Assembly (NCBI GenBank): GCA_015062345.1
Contig: SUUV01000005.1
Span: forward strand, 5,175-69,174
Source of the DNA: Alphaproteobacteria bacterium
GTDB taxonomy: Bacteria > Pseudomonadota > Alphaproteobacteria > RF32 > CAG-239
Direction: 5' to 3'
DNA: 64,000 nucleotides
Numbering within the stretch: the first letter of the stretch is position 1; every line of letters begins with the position of its first letter. A program made the translations under genes and the position numbers. This document shows positions 48,682 through 58,254 of the stretch, in pieces. The notes below the pieces were generated by a model. The model was not told the origin of the DNA. It worked only from the letters and a program-made list of their open reading frames with translations, and did not search any database.

Positions 48682-50196
48682 TTATGCCGGAATTGTTCGG
48701 CGATAATTTAATGCTTCAGCGATGTGTATTTTAAGCACATTTTTTTCATTTTGCAAGTCTGCAATTGTTCTTGCTAACCTTAATGTACGATGATAACCTC
48801 TGGCCGAGAGATTATATTTATCGGAACTCTTGATAATAAAGTCTTTTGCACCATCTTCCATTTGCACGGCTTTTTCAAGAATATCCGCCCCAAGTTGTGA
48901 ATTTGTATTAAGCTCCGGACGGCCTAATTCGATAAATCGTTCTTTTTGAATTTTTCTGGCTTTTACGACTCTTTCAAGAACAACTGCAGAAGTCTCGCCT
49001 TTTTCTTTTTCAAAAATATCCCAAGGACTGACTTGCGGAACTTTGATATGTATATCGATTCTGTCAAGCAACGGTCCTGATATTTTCGATTGATATTCAA
49101 GAGCACATTTTGGCGCTTTTGTACATTCATGCCCGGGCATGGAATAATATCCGCAACGACACGGATTCATCGCAGCTATGAGCTGAAAACGAGCCGGATA
49201 TGTATGATGATATTCTGCTCTTGAAACCGTAATTTTACCGTTTTCCAAAGGTTGACGCAACGATTCTAATGTTGCCCGATTAAATTCGGGTAACTCATCT
49301 AAAAACAATACTCCGTTGTGTGCTAAAGATATTTCCCCAGGTTTTGCTCTTTTGCCTCCGCCTACCAAAGCAGGTGTGGAAGCATTGTGATGCGGGTCTC
49401 GATACGGGCGGTTAAAATCAAGCTCACCGTTTTTTAATTCACCTGCAATCGAATGTATAATGCATGTTTCCAAAGCCTCATCGGCGTTCAAAGGCGGCAA
49501 AATGGAAGTAAGCCTTGATGCAAGCATAGATTTACCGGCTCCGGGCGGTCCTACCATAAGCATATTATGTGAGCCGGCAGCAGCAATTTCCAAAGCTCTC
49601 TTTGCACTTTCCTGTCCTTTAATATCCGATAAATCAAGTTTGTTTTTAAGCGGTTTTCCTTGTTTTGCCACCGGTTGCGGTAAAATTTGATTACCCTTAA
49701 AATGATTTATCATCGCAATTAAGCTCGGAGTGGCAACAATGTTTTTCAACCCGCCCCAAACTGCTTCACTTCCCTGCTCTAACGGACAAACAATGCCTTT
49801 GCCGTCACGATTTGCCTTAATGGCAACCGGCAACACACCGTTTATCGGCATAACCGAATTATCCAATCCCAATTCACCTAATATGATATAATCTGAAAGT
49901 TCTTCCTGAGGCAAAATTTTCATACAAGCCAAAATACCCGTTGCAATAGCCAAGTCGAAATGAGAGCCTTCTTTAAGCAAATTAGCCGGCGCCAAATTTA
50001 TGGTAATTCTTTCACTTGGGAAACTGATACCCACAGCCGAAAAAGCAGCTCTTACCCGCTCTTTGCTTTCAGCAACGGCTTTATCGGGTAGTCCCACAAT
50101 ATTAAACGCAGGCATACCGGAAGAAATTTGCACTTGCAAATCGACATCTAAAACCTCCAAACCGCTAAAAGCAATTGTATTGATACGAGCCTGCAT
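48682..50196 (-). CDS. comM: Mg-chelatase-like AAA+ ATPase YifB/ComM
   Basis: N-terminal Lon-like/ChlI domain; Walker A GPPGAGKS; Walker B LFLDELPEF; C-terminal Mg-chelatase ChlI domain. Confidence 0.85.
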   Translation of the reverse strand: MQARINTIAFSGLEVLDVDLQVQISSGMPAFNIVGLPDKAVAESKERVRAAFSAVGISFPSERITINLAPANLLKEGSHFDLAIATGILACMKILPQEELSDYIILGELGLDNSVMPINGVLPVAIKANRDGKGIVCPLEQGSEAVWGGLKNIVATPSLIAMINHFKGNQILPQPVAKQGKPLKNKLDLSDIKGQESAKRALEIAAAGSHNMLMVGPPGAGKSMLASRLTSILPPLNADEALETCIIHSIAGELKNGELDFNRPYRDPHHNASTPALVGGGKRAKPGEISLAHNGVLFLDELPEFNRATLESLRQPLENGKITVSRAEYHHTYPARFQLIAAMNPCRCGYYSMPGHECTKAPKCALEYQSKISGPLLDRIDIHIKVPQVSPWDIFEKEKGETSAVVLERVVKARKIQKERFIELGRPELNTNSQLGADILEKAVQMEDGAKDFIIKSSDKYNLSARGYHRTLRLARTIADLQNEKNVLKIHIAEALNYRRTIPA

Positions 50197-50202
50197 AAAA
50201 AC

Positions 50203-50532
50203 CTACCACCTCGGAATTCGTTCATCCTTGCGCCAACGACGAGTCGGATATGTATCGGCTTTTAAGCTATCATATTCAGCCGTAAATTTAGGTATGTCGT
50301 TTAAGCGAATAAAGTCCATATTTTCAAAATAGTCGGCGCATTGCTCGGCAGTGTATGTATCTGAGTGATAACAATATACCACAACCCTATTTTGCAAGTT
50401 TTGCAGACCAATCATACTTTCCTGATAAGGTAACACCTCATATACAGGCTCATGATTTTTATTATATGCGCATCCGGTTGCAACAAGCATAAGCGCAAGC
50501 ACGGACAGTTTTTTCATTTTTTTCATTAGCAT
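50203..50532 (-). CDS. Small lipoprotein (109 aa)
   Basis: Signal plus lipobox (LVATGC). Confidence 0.4.
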   Translation of the reverse strand: MLMKKMKKLSVLALMLVATGCAYNKNHEPVYEVLPYQESMIGLQNLQNRVVVYCYHSDTYTAEQCADYFENMDFIRLNDIPKFTAEYDSLKADTYPTRRWRKDERIPRW

Positions 50533-50602
50533 AAATCCTTTAAATAAACATATCCTAAATGATATACCAAATTTATTAAAATAATCTTTATAAAAAAAAC
50601 AC

Positions 50603-50630
50603 TTGCATAATTAAAGTTTTTGTGTATATT
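50603..50630 (+). promoter_or_regulatory. Candidate sigma70 promoter of the rpsF-rpsR-rplI operon
   Basis: TTGCAT (50603-50608), 16 bp, TATATT (50625-50630). About 100 nt upstream of the rpsF ATG. Confidence 0.4.
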
Positions 50631-50733
50631 AGCGCTTGTCCCTTGCCGTAAAGTTTCATTTTGCGGCTATACATTTAACCGGACATTTGATGAAAATGTC
50701 TATTTGTTGAGAATCCATAAGGAGATAAATAAA

Positions 50734-51075
50734 ATGGCAAATTACGAGAGCGTGCTTATCGCACGTCAAGACCTCGGCGCCTCACAAGTTAACACTTTGG
50801 TAGATAGCTTGAGTGAAGTTCTTAAAAAAGAAGGCGGCGAAGTTGTTAAAATTGATAACTGGGGTTTGAAAAACCTTGCTTATCGTATCAAAAAAAACCG
50901 CAAAGGTCATTATGTTTTGTTAAACATTGTGGCTCCCGCAAAAGCAATTTTCGAATATGAACGCTTGATGAGATTGAACGAAGATGTAATTCGTTATATG
51001 ACCATCAAAGTTGATGAATTCAACAATGAGATGACTTCTGATGAAGAAATCGCAGCAGTTGAAGAACAGGCTTAA
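50734..51075 (+). CDS. rpsF: 30S ribosomal protein S6
   Basis: Start at [13 protein letters not shown] with GGAGA upstream. S6-like, with an acidic C-terminus. Confidence 0.9.
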   Translation: MANYESVLIARQDLGASQVNTLVDSLSEVLKKEGGEVVKIDNWGLKNLAYRIKKNRKGHYVLLNIVAPAKAIFEYERLMRLNEDVIRYMTIKVDEFNNEMTSDEEIAAVEEQA

Positions 51076-51087
51076 AGGAGAACAAAA

Positions 51088-51312
51088 ATGGCAAAACAAT
51101 CATTTTTTAAAAGAAAAAGCTGTCCTTTTTCCGGCGAAAACGGATTAAGAATTGACTATAAAGATGTTAAGCTTCTTTCCAGATTCATTTCCGAAAAAGG
51201 TAAAATCATTCCGAGTCGTATCACTTCTGTTTCTGCAAAAAAACAAAGAGAATTGGCTCGTGCAATCAAACGCGCTCGTTACATCGGCTTGTTGCCGTAT
51301 GTGGCTAATTAA
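51088..51312 (+). CDS. rpsR: 30S ribosomal protein S18
   Basis: 74 aa. CPF..., [14 protein letters not shown], and a conserved basic C-terminus. Confidence 0.9.
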   Translation: MAKQSFFKRKSCPFSGENGLRIDYKDVKLLSRFISEKGKIIPSRITSVSAKKQRELARAIKRARYIGLLPYVAN

Positions 51313-51326
51313 GGGAGGGTGAAATT

Positions 51327-51812
51327 ATGGAAATCATTCTTCTCGAACATGTAGAAAAATTGGGTAAAATGGGCGACAAGGTAACTGTTAAAAACGGTTA
51401 TGCTCGTAACTACCTCTTGCCTCAAAACAAAGCTTTGCGTGCAACCGAAGCTAATGTTGCATATTTTGAAAAACAAAAAGCCGAATTGGAAGCCAGAAAC
51501 CAAGCATTGTTTGATGAAGCTACCAAAAAAGCCGAAGCTTTGAAAGGCTTTAAGACTGTTCTTATTCGTCAAGCTGCCGAAACCGGTCAACTTTACGGTT
51601 CTGTTACCATTCGTGACATTGCCGTTGCCGTTAAAGAAGCAGGTTTTGATGTAGAGCGTCGCTTGGTATATTTAGAAAAACCCATTAAAGATTTGGGTAT
51701 ATATCAAGTAAGAATCAATTTACACCCTGAAGTTTCACAAACAATTTTGGTAAATGTTGCCAGAACTGCCGATGAAGCTAAAAAACAGGAAAAAGCTTTT
51801 TCACAAGAATAA
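51327..51812 (+). CDS. rplI: 50S ribosomal protein L9
   Basis: MEIILLEHVEKLGKMGDKVTVKNGYARNYLLPQ is a classic L9 N-terminus. Confidence 0.9.
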   Translation: MEIILLEHVEKLGKMGDKVTVKNGYARNYLLPQNKALRATEANVAYFEKQKAELEARNQALFDEATKKAEALKGFKTVLIRQAAETGQLYGSVTIRDIAVAVKEAGFDVERRLVYLEKPIKDLGIYQVRINLHPEVSQTILVNVARTADEAKKQEKAFSQE

Positions 51813-51834
51813 GTTTTTTAACTCCAAAAAGGGT

Positions 51835-51866
51835 CCGATTTTATTAAAAATCGGGCTCTTTTTTTT
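51835..51866 (+). terminator. Rho-independent terminator after rplI
   Basis: ccgatttt-atta-aaaatcgg followed by GCTCTTTTTTTTTG. Confidence 0.5.
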
Positions 51867-51867
51867 G

Positions 51868-52230
51868 TTATAGTAATATAATTGACCACACACCGACAAA
51901 CATAATTACGGATAATAAAACCAAAAACGAGCCTAAATCTTTGGCCATTTCGGATAACGGGTGTTTTTGCGTAGAAATTCTGTTTATAATAACTTCTATG
52001 GCCGTGTTTACGGTTTCGGCAATCGGTATAAAAAGCAAAGTCATAAACAAAAGAGATTTTTGCACATCTGAAACATTAACAAACCACAATACAATTAGGC
52101 CGATTACAAGTAAAAGCATTTCTTGTCTGAATGCAATTTCGCTTTTATACATTGCCTTTGCACCGGCAATTGAATATAAAAACGCATTTTTTATTCGTTT
52201 GCACATATGTTTAAGTGTTCTTATTTTCAT
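51868..52230 (-). CDS. dgkA: Diacylglycerol kinase
   Basis: 120 aa with three TM helices. AFRQE and NTAIE motifs matching E. coli DgkA. Confidence 0.8.
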   Translation of the reverse strand: MKIRTLKHMCKRIKNAFLYSIAGAKAMYKSEIAFRQEMLLLVIGLIVLWFVNVSDVQKSLLFMTLLFIPIAETVNTAIEVIINRISTQKHPLSEMAKDLGSFLVLLSVIMFVGVWSIILL

Positions 52231-52364
52231 CTTGATAGCCCCTGAACAATCTTATAGTTATATATTTATAATCAGGCTCAAGAACAAGCTCCATAAAGAT
52301 ATTTTTTATATTGACTAAAATATGGCAAAGGTGTACAACTCAAACAACAAAAAATTATGTTGTC

Positions 52365-52898
52365 ATGAAAAAATATTATATTATAATTATTTTGCTTTTT
52401 ATATCCGTTTTTTCTCTATTGGCTCAATCATATGAAGATAAACAGATAAATGATGTTAAGTATGATTTTTCGCTTAATCTCGGATATAATATAACCGGCA
52501 AATGTCCTATCATCGGATTTAAAGTCGGTTTTGAAATTTTCTTTTTGCGTGCCGATATTGATATAGGGACAACTTATCTCAATCATCCGTTAACCGATGA
52601 GAAAATTACTACATTTTCACCGTCAGCCGGTTTTTTTTATGGGAAAAAGCATAAAATTTATGCCCTTATCGGGGTACAAAATTATGCTTTAATCAAAACT
52701 CCGGATATCAGCGGATTAAACAAAAATCAGATTCGGTATGACCATATTTACGGTATAACAAAAGTTGGATATCAGCACTGTATTAAAGAGAGATTTTTTC
52801 TCTGTGTTGAAGCTCAACATTTGTTTTGTGCACTTAAAAAAGGTGCAACACACTTGCCGAATACAAATATTCGCCTTGCTGTCGGTTACAGATTTTAA
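52365..52898 (+). CDS. Small beta-barrel outer-membrane protein (tandem paralog 1)
   Basis: Signal peptide, alternating hydrophobic beta-strands, C-terminal ...AVGYRF (aromatic BAM signal). Start set at MKKYYIII; the ORF opens at 52311. Confidence 0.6.
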   Translation: MKKYYIIIILLFISVFSLLAQSYEDKQINDVKYDFSLNLGYNITGKCPIIGFKVGFEIFFLRADIDIGTTYLNHPLTDEKITTFSPSAGFFYGKKHKIYALIGVQNYALIKTPDISGLNKNQIRYDHIYGITKVGYQHCIKERFFLCVEAQHLFCALKKGATHLPNTNIRLAVGYRF

Positions 52899-52932
52899 AA
52901 GGGTGTTTTCTTATTGAAACACCCTTTTTTTG
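52897..52932 (+). terminator. Rho-independent terminator
   Basis: aagggtgttt-cttattg-aaacaccctt followed by TTTTTTG. Confidence 0.55.
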
Positions 52933-52995
52933 CGCGCAAATATTGAATTTGTTTTCATGCGGTATAAATAGTACAAACTTAAATATTATGCTGTC

Positions 52996-53526
52996 ATGAA
53001 AAAAATTATGCTGTTATTATTGGCAATTTTTACTTTACAAATTGCTAAAGCCGGCGGTTATAAGCCTAAAACCGCAGAAGATTTGAATGTAGATTTATCA
53101 ATCTTAACAGGCTACAATTTTACAGGCTTAAAACCTGTTGCCTTAATTAACTTAGGGTTTGAGACTTTTTTTATCAGAGCCGATATAAACATAGGGATAA
53201 CCTCGGTTAATCATCTGCTTGATAAAAAGTCTTTTACTGTTTTTAGCCCTTCCATCGGTGTATTTTACGGCAATAAACACAAAATATACCTTATGGGCGG
53301 ATTTCAAAACCATGCTTACATTGCCACAACTGATGTTACAAATTGTAAAACAGATGTATTTTGTACAGATGGCTTATTTGGAAAAATTAAAATCGGTTAT
53401 CAACTGTTGATATTCAAAAATATGTTTATAACCGCAGAGATTTCACATCTTTTTACACAAAAAAATAATGGAGTGACATATTTTCCGAATACAAACATCT
53501 GCATGGGTTTAGGTTACAAATTTTAG
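52996..53526 (+). CDS. Small beta-barrel outer-membrane protein (tandem paralog 2)
   Basis: Homologous to the preceding gene (shared GF(K/E)(V/T)FF(L/I)RADI(D/N)IG, FSPS.G.FYG.KHKIY, C-terminal GYKF). Confidence 0.6.
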   Translation: MKKIMLLLLAIFTLQIAKAGGYKPKTAEDLNVDLSILTGYNFTGLKPVALINLGFETFFIRADINIGITSVNHLLDKKSFTVFSPSIGVFYGNKHKIYLMGGFQNHAYIATTDVTNCKTDVFCTDGLFGKIKIGYQLLIFKNMFITAEISHLFTQKNNGVTYFPNTNICMGLGYKF

Positions 53527-53565
53527 AAAATGCTTTAAGATTTTTCTTAAAGCATTTTTATAATA

Positions 53566-53597
53566 CAAAAAAGCAGGGAAAAAACCCTGCTTTTTTA
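53566..53597. terminator. Bidirectional terminator between the OMP gene (+) and rpsD (-)
   Basis: aaaaaagcaggg-aaaaaa-ccctgctttttt. Confidence 0.6.
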
Positions 53598-53612
53598 TCC
53601 GTTTTAAAAAAA

Positions 53613-54227
53613 CTATCTTGAGTAAAACTCGATAACAAGGTTCGGTTCCATCATGCAAGCATAAGGAACATCTTCATATTTTGGTACAAAAGTATATTTT
53701 GCAGACAACTTTTTGTTGTCAACTTCCAAATATGAAGCAACTTCTCTGGTTTGAGACTCAACTGCTGCCACAACCATTGCCATAGATTTAGATTTTTCTC
53801 TAACTTCAATAACATCACCAACTTTAACCATATATGAAGGGATGTTAACTTTTTTACCGTTTACGGTAACATGACCATGGTTTACAAACTGACGAGCAGC
53901 AAACACTGTCGGAACAAACTTTGCTTTATAAACCAAGTTGTCCAAACGAGATTCCAACAAACCGATTAAGTTTTCGGCAGCATCGCCGGAACGACGAATT
54001 GCTTCAACATAATATTTGTGGAATTGTTTTTCGGAAATGTTACCATAATAGGTTTTCAACTTTTGTTTAGCAGAAAGTTGTGTACCATAGTCGGTAGCTT
54101 TTTTTCTTCTTTGACCATGTTGACCCGGAGCATAGCTTCTTTTTTCAAATGGGCTGTTCGGATCACCCCATAAATTTACCACATATTTGCGGCTAACTTT
54201 TTTCTTTGCAGAAATGATACTTTTCAT
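53613..54227 (-). CDS. rpsD: 30S ribosomal protein S4
   Basis: 204 aa. PGQHG, an S4 domain ([11 protein letters not shown]...) and YLEVD motifs. Confidence 0.9.
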   Translation of the reverse strand: MKSIISAKKKVSRKYVVNLWGDPNSPFEKRSYAPGQHGQRRKKATDYGTQLSAKQKLKTYYGNISEKQFHKYYVEAIRRSGDAAENLIGLLESRLDNLVYKAKFVPTVFAARQFVNHGHVTVNGKKVNIPSYMVKVGDVIEVREKSKSMAMVVAAVESQTREVASYLEVDNKKLSAKYTFVPKYEDVPYACMMEPNLVIEFYSR

Positions 54228-54442
54228 TATATTAAATCCTTTTTGTTAAATTTTATTATTGTCCCGATAGTCTTGAACATAAATCCAAAACGGGATAGCA
54301 AACTATCCGCCTTCTCGGAAGTAGGTGCAATTTACCACAAAAATTTTATTTTTCAAGCAAAAAATGATATATTTTTTATCAGCCTTGAAACTTTGAATAT
54401 TTTTCATAAATCTTGTCTAACCTTAACAGATGAAGAAAAATT

Positions 54443-56740
54443 ATGAAAAAGCTCATTTTAATTGTGTTTTGTTTGTTCTCGTTTGGCGTTTTTGCTCAAG
54501 AAATTGCCCACATTGATGTTACAAAAATCAACAAACAACTTGATTTAATAGAAAACAATATCAATCAGGGAAAAAGTTCGGCCGATTATTTGACCGAGCA
54601 ACTAAAAAATATCAATGCAATACAGGCCGATATAAATCAGGCAAAAATTCAATATCAGCAAAAAAGAGAAAATGTACAAAAGAAAATTGATGCTTTAGGC
54701 GAATTGCCGCAAGATGCAACTTCTCAAAATTCTGACATTGCCGATAAGCGCAAAGAATTTGTTGCTCAAGAAGATATGCACAAAGCACAAATTGCGCAAA
54801 TAGATTTAATCAATACCAAAATTGATGAAATTAATGCCCTGATTTTAAAAGTTCGCAATCAATCTTTATTAAATAAAATCCTCATTCGTGATGCCTCTGT
54901 TTTTCAAGTCGGCAATTTGAAAAACTCGGTTTTGCAATTAAGCATTTTTTCTTACAATATTTTAAAAACACCTTATGACTGGTACACAAATCTGGCATCA
55001 AGCGACAAACAAATTGTTGATAAAAACATCTGGTTGGTTACTACAATTTTTACACTCATTTTGTTTTTTGCATTTTATCTAAGCTTGTATATCAGAAAAA
55101 AATTCGGCTACAAACAATGTTTGGACGCTCCGTCTTATATGCAAAAAATTCGTTCCAATATTGCCATGATTATCGCTTTTGGCATAATTCCGACAATTGT
55201 GTTCGGGGCATTTTTACTTTGGCTTAATGCAAATCCCATTGTTTTAGGCAACAATTTCGGACTTTTATTGCAACTTGCTACCAAATATTTGCTCATTTTT
55301 TTCATCATACGAGCAGCCGTAAAAGTGATATTTGTGCCCAAATGTGCCTATTGGCGCATTATAAAAATTGATGATTACAAAGCCAAAACCGCCAGTCGAA
55401 CTGTTTTGTTTTGGAGTCTAATAGCCTTAGCAACCGAGTTTTTTTATCATTTAGCCCTAAAACAAAACGCATTAACCGAAGTGATTTATATTTTGCAAAT
55501 TATAACCGTTGTTGCAAAATCTTTGGGCATTATCTTTATTTCTCGTTCCATATTACACAATACCGCTGATGATATTGAACCTGATGTTCAAAAACCGGAA
55601 TATCATTTAAGCATGGAAGCAAAAATTTCGCTTTTTATTACAATTATGATGTTTTTGACAATTATCGTTGCTCTTGTCGGCTATGTGAGGTTGGCCGATT
55701 ATGTCGTAAACTGTTTTATATTAAGCATTGCGACAATTGTGGCATTTCAGAGCATTAATTTATTGTTGCGATACATAATCAGACAATTTTTAAAACTAAA
55801 ATTTTTAACTCAAAAATTGCATATCAACCCCAGAACATTGATAAAAACCGAATTTTGGATAACTCTTTTGTTAAATCCGATTGTATGGATTGTTGCCATT
55901 ATTACCATTTTAGGAATTTGGGGCTTTTCGGTCGATATTATGCTTCATGATATCAAAAACTTTTTGCTCGGATTTAATATCGGCGGAATGCACATATCCA
56001 TCACTTCGGCGCTAACCGGATTATTGAGTTTTTTTGTATCAATGTTTTTGTTCAAAAGCTTAAAACAAAGTTTATTATACGGAAATTTGAGCAAAATTGA
56101 TATGGAGCAAGGGTCAAGAAGCTCTCTTGCATCATCAATCAGCCTTATCGGTTTTATAGTATCGGTCATTGTGGCGGTAACGGTTATGGGCGGAAGTTTA
56201 AGCAATATCACCTTAATTGCCGGTGCTTTATCATTTGGTATCGGTTTGGGTTTGCAAAACATCGTAAACAATTTTGTATCCGGCATTATTATCATCTTTG
56301 AAAAACCTATCAAAATCGGCGATTGGGTTATTATCAAAGGACAAGAAGGAATTGTCAAAACCATCAGTATGCGGGCAACCCTTTTAGAAGCTTTTGACAA
56401 GTCAAACATCATTATTCCAAACTCGGAAATTTTATCAAGCAGTCTGGTAAATCGAACATATTCGGCTCGTGTGGGTTTAATCGAAATCAGCTTAAACATA
56501 AAATATGATGCCGATATCAAATATTTGGAAGATACCTTAATCGAAATTGCCTCAAAAACCATGGGCGTTTTAACCACTCCTGCACCAACGGTTTCTTTTG
56601 CCGATATGACGGAAAAATATTTGATATTCAAATTAAATTGCTATACCGAAAATATATATTCTCGTCAAACCATAACCAATCTCCTTAGAACAAAAATATT
56701 GCAAGAATTTAAGCAAAATAATGTGCTATGGATTGGATAA
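54443..56740 (+). CDS. MscS-family mechanosensitive channel (MscK/KefA-like long form)
   Basis: 765 aa. Signal plus periplasmic coiled-coil N-domain, about 10 TM helices, and a C-terminal MscS core (GALSFGIGLGLQNIVNNFVSGIIIIFEKPIKIGDWV). Confidence 0.8.
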   Translation: MKKLILIVFCLFSFGVFAQEIAHIDVTKINKQLDLIENNINQGKSSADYLTEQLKNINAIQADINQAKIQYQQKRENVQKKIDALGELPQDATSQNSDIADKRKEFVAQEDMHKAQIAQIDLINTKIDEINALILKVRNQSLLNKILIRDASVFQVGNLKNSVLQLSIFSYNILKTPYDWYTNLASSDKQIVDKNIWLVTTIFTLILFFAFYLSLYIRKKFGYKQCLDAPSYMQKIRSNIAMIIAFGIIPTIVFGAFLLWLNANPIVLGNNFGLLLQLATKYLLIFFIIRAAVKVIFVPKCAYWRIIKIDDYKAKTASRTVLFWSLIALATEFFYHLALKQNALTEVIYILQIITVVAKSLGIIFISRSILHNTADDIEPDVQKPEYHLSMEAKISLFITIMMFLTIIVALVGYVRLADYVVNCFILSIATIVAFQSINLLLRYIIRQFLKLKFLTQKLHINPRTLIKTEFWITLLLNPIVWIVAIITILGIWGFSVDIMLHDIKNFLLGFNIGGMHISITSALTGLLSFFVSMFLFKSLKQSLLYGNLSKIDMEQGSRSSLASSISLIGFIVSVIVAVTVMGGSLSNITLIAGALSFGIGLGLQNIVNNFVSGIIIIFEKPIKIGDWVIIKGQEGIVKTISMRATLLEAFDKSNIIIPNSEILSSSLVNRTYSARVGLIEISLNIKYDADIKYLEDTLIEIASKTMGVLTTPAPTVSFADMTEKYLIFKLNCYTENIYSRQTITNLLRTKILQEFKQNNVLWIG

Positions 56741-56821
56741 AAAACCGCCCTTTAGAAAGAAAAGAGCGGTTAAATTTATTTTAAAAAAAATACAGCCCCG
56801 CTTATATGCAGGGCTATAAAA

Positions 56822-57487
56822 TCAAACTTCAACTTCGATTTCGGGATTTCCTCCCTTCCAGTCTTCGATGATTATACCGAAACCGGCACCGATGCTTAAA
56901 TTTTCATAATACTTAATTTCACTTGATGATTGTTGTACAAACTCCGATTCTCCGCTTTTGAGCAAAACAGCATATTCAACCGTCCAAACTTTGTATTCGG
57001 TATTATCAATATTTTCATCAGCTAACTGTTTAACTCTTGTTTCTTCAAGAACAGTTGCGCTCACTTCAGGCACCGGCATTAAATGTGAATCATTGCCTAC
57101 CTTGTAATAAGCCCTTTCCTGTTGATAATAGCAAGGAACTTCCAATCCGTAACTTTCTAGGATAACCGTATATTGCCATGTCTCATATCGAAATTTGCGG
57201 TCTTCTCTGCTGCTGACAACTTTGTCGGGAGCAATTTTTTTAACCGTAAATTTTCTTTCCGGTACAAAAGTACTTACAAGCACGGGTATGTTTTTGGTAT
57301 GAACTGCCTTAACCGGCGAAAGCTTGGCAGTAACCGTATACCCATTAATTTGAGCCTTACTGTATACCGCATCTTCGGTAACTTCATAGCCCAAATTTTC
57401 AACATCATCAGCCGACATAAAGTCTACCAGTGTACAGCTTGTCATCAAAAACAATGCCATAACAACATAATAAATAATATTTTTCAT
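56822..57487 (-). CDS. Lipoprotein of unknown function (221 aa)
   Basis: Signal plus lipobox (LMTSC). Confidence 0.4.
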   Translation of the reverse strand: MKNIIYYVVMALFLMTSCTLVDFMSADDVENLGYEVTEDAVYSKAQINGYTVTAKLSPVKAVHTKNIPVLVSTFVPERKFTVKKIAPDKVVSSREDRKFRYETWQYTVILESYGLEVPCYYQQERAYYKVGNDSHLMPVPEVSATVLEETRVKQLADENIDNTEYKVWTVEYAVLLKSGESEFVQQSSSEIKYYENLSIGAGFGIIIEDWKGGNPEIEVEV

Positions 57488-57546
57488 AATTTTAAAAAAA
57501 TTGGTTTATACCTAGGATGTACAACAAATAACCATTTTTGTCAACA

Positions 57547-57694
57547 AAATATTTTACCTCATTTTTGATTTAAATCATTTAAACGACTCTTTTTACTTGC
57601 AAAAAAAAAAAACGGTTTATGATGCGTCTTGAAAGGTAAATTTTTGCACCTTTCAAATTAAGTTAAACTATTTTTTATGTAAGGAATTAAAAAA
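57547..57694 (+). promoter_or_regulatory. Conserved family promoter/leader cassette (copy E) with A12 (57601-57612)
   Basis: Same cassette. Confidence 0.6.
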
Positions 57695-58201
57695 ATGAGA
57701 AAATATTTTCTACTTTCTGCTGTGGCAGTATTAATGGCAACAAATGTAAATGCTGAAACTGGAACAGCATTTGCGGAGATAAATACATATGCTGAAATAG
57801 AATATGCATACGAAGTATCTTGTAGTGAGATGAATTTTGGTAAAATAATATTAAAAAACAATAAACAAGACAGTTGGGTAACCGCAACAGGTACTTATAG
57901 CGAAAATGTTTTATCTGTTACAGGTAATACAATAGCTCTCTGCAGTTCAGACGATGAAGAACTTATAGAGGCTATGGTAGAAGCTCTAAATCACCCTGAA
58001 GCAAATGGTTATACCTTAACAACATCTGATTTTGACCCTGAAAATGGTGTTGGTGGTATGATAAATATAGGCGAATATGTGGCAAAATCACATGTGGGTC
58101 CAAATGACTCCGATGCCGGAATAAGTGCCACAATATATATTCCTGAAGGAGCTCCTGCCGGTATATATACCGGTTATGTTCCAGTTAGCATAGTTTACTA
58201 G
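57695..58201 (+). CDS. Secreted SCPU-domain family protein, paralog 7
   Basis: MRKYFLLSAVAVLMATNVNA; CSEMNFGKIILKNN; IYIPEGAPAGIYTGYVPVSIVY. Confidence 0.6.
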   Translation: MRKYFLLSAVAVLMATNVNAETGTAFAEINTYAEIEYAYEVSCSEMNFGKIILKNNKQDSWVTATGTYSENVLSVTGNTIALCSSDDEELIEAMVEALNHPEANGYTLTTSDFDPENGVGGMINIGEYVAKSHVGPNDSDAGISATIYIPEGAPAGIYTGYVPVSIVY

Positions 58202-58213
58202 TCATCAAACTTT

Positions 58214-58243
58214 AAAAGCCCTCAAGGTTTCTTGAGGGCTTTT
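58214..58243. terminator. Bidirectional terminator between the SCPU gene (+) and the RND pump gene (-)
   Basis: aaaagccctcaag-gtttc-ttgagggctttt. Confidence 0.6.
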
Positions 58244-58254
58244 AGCTTACGGGT

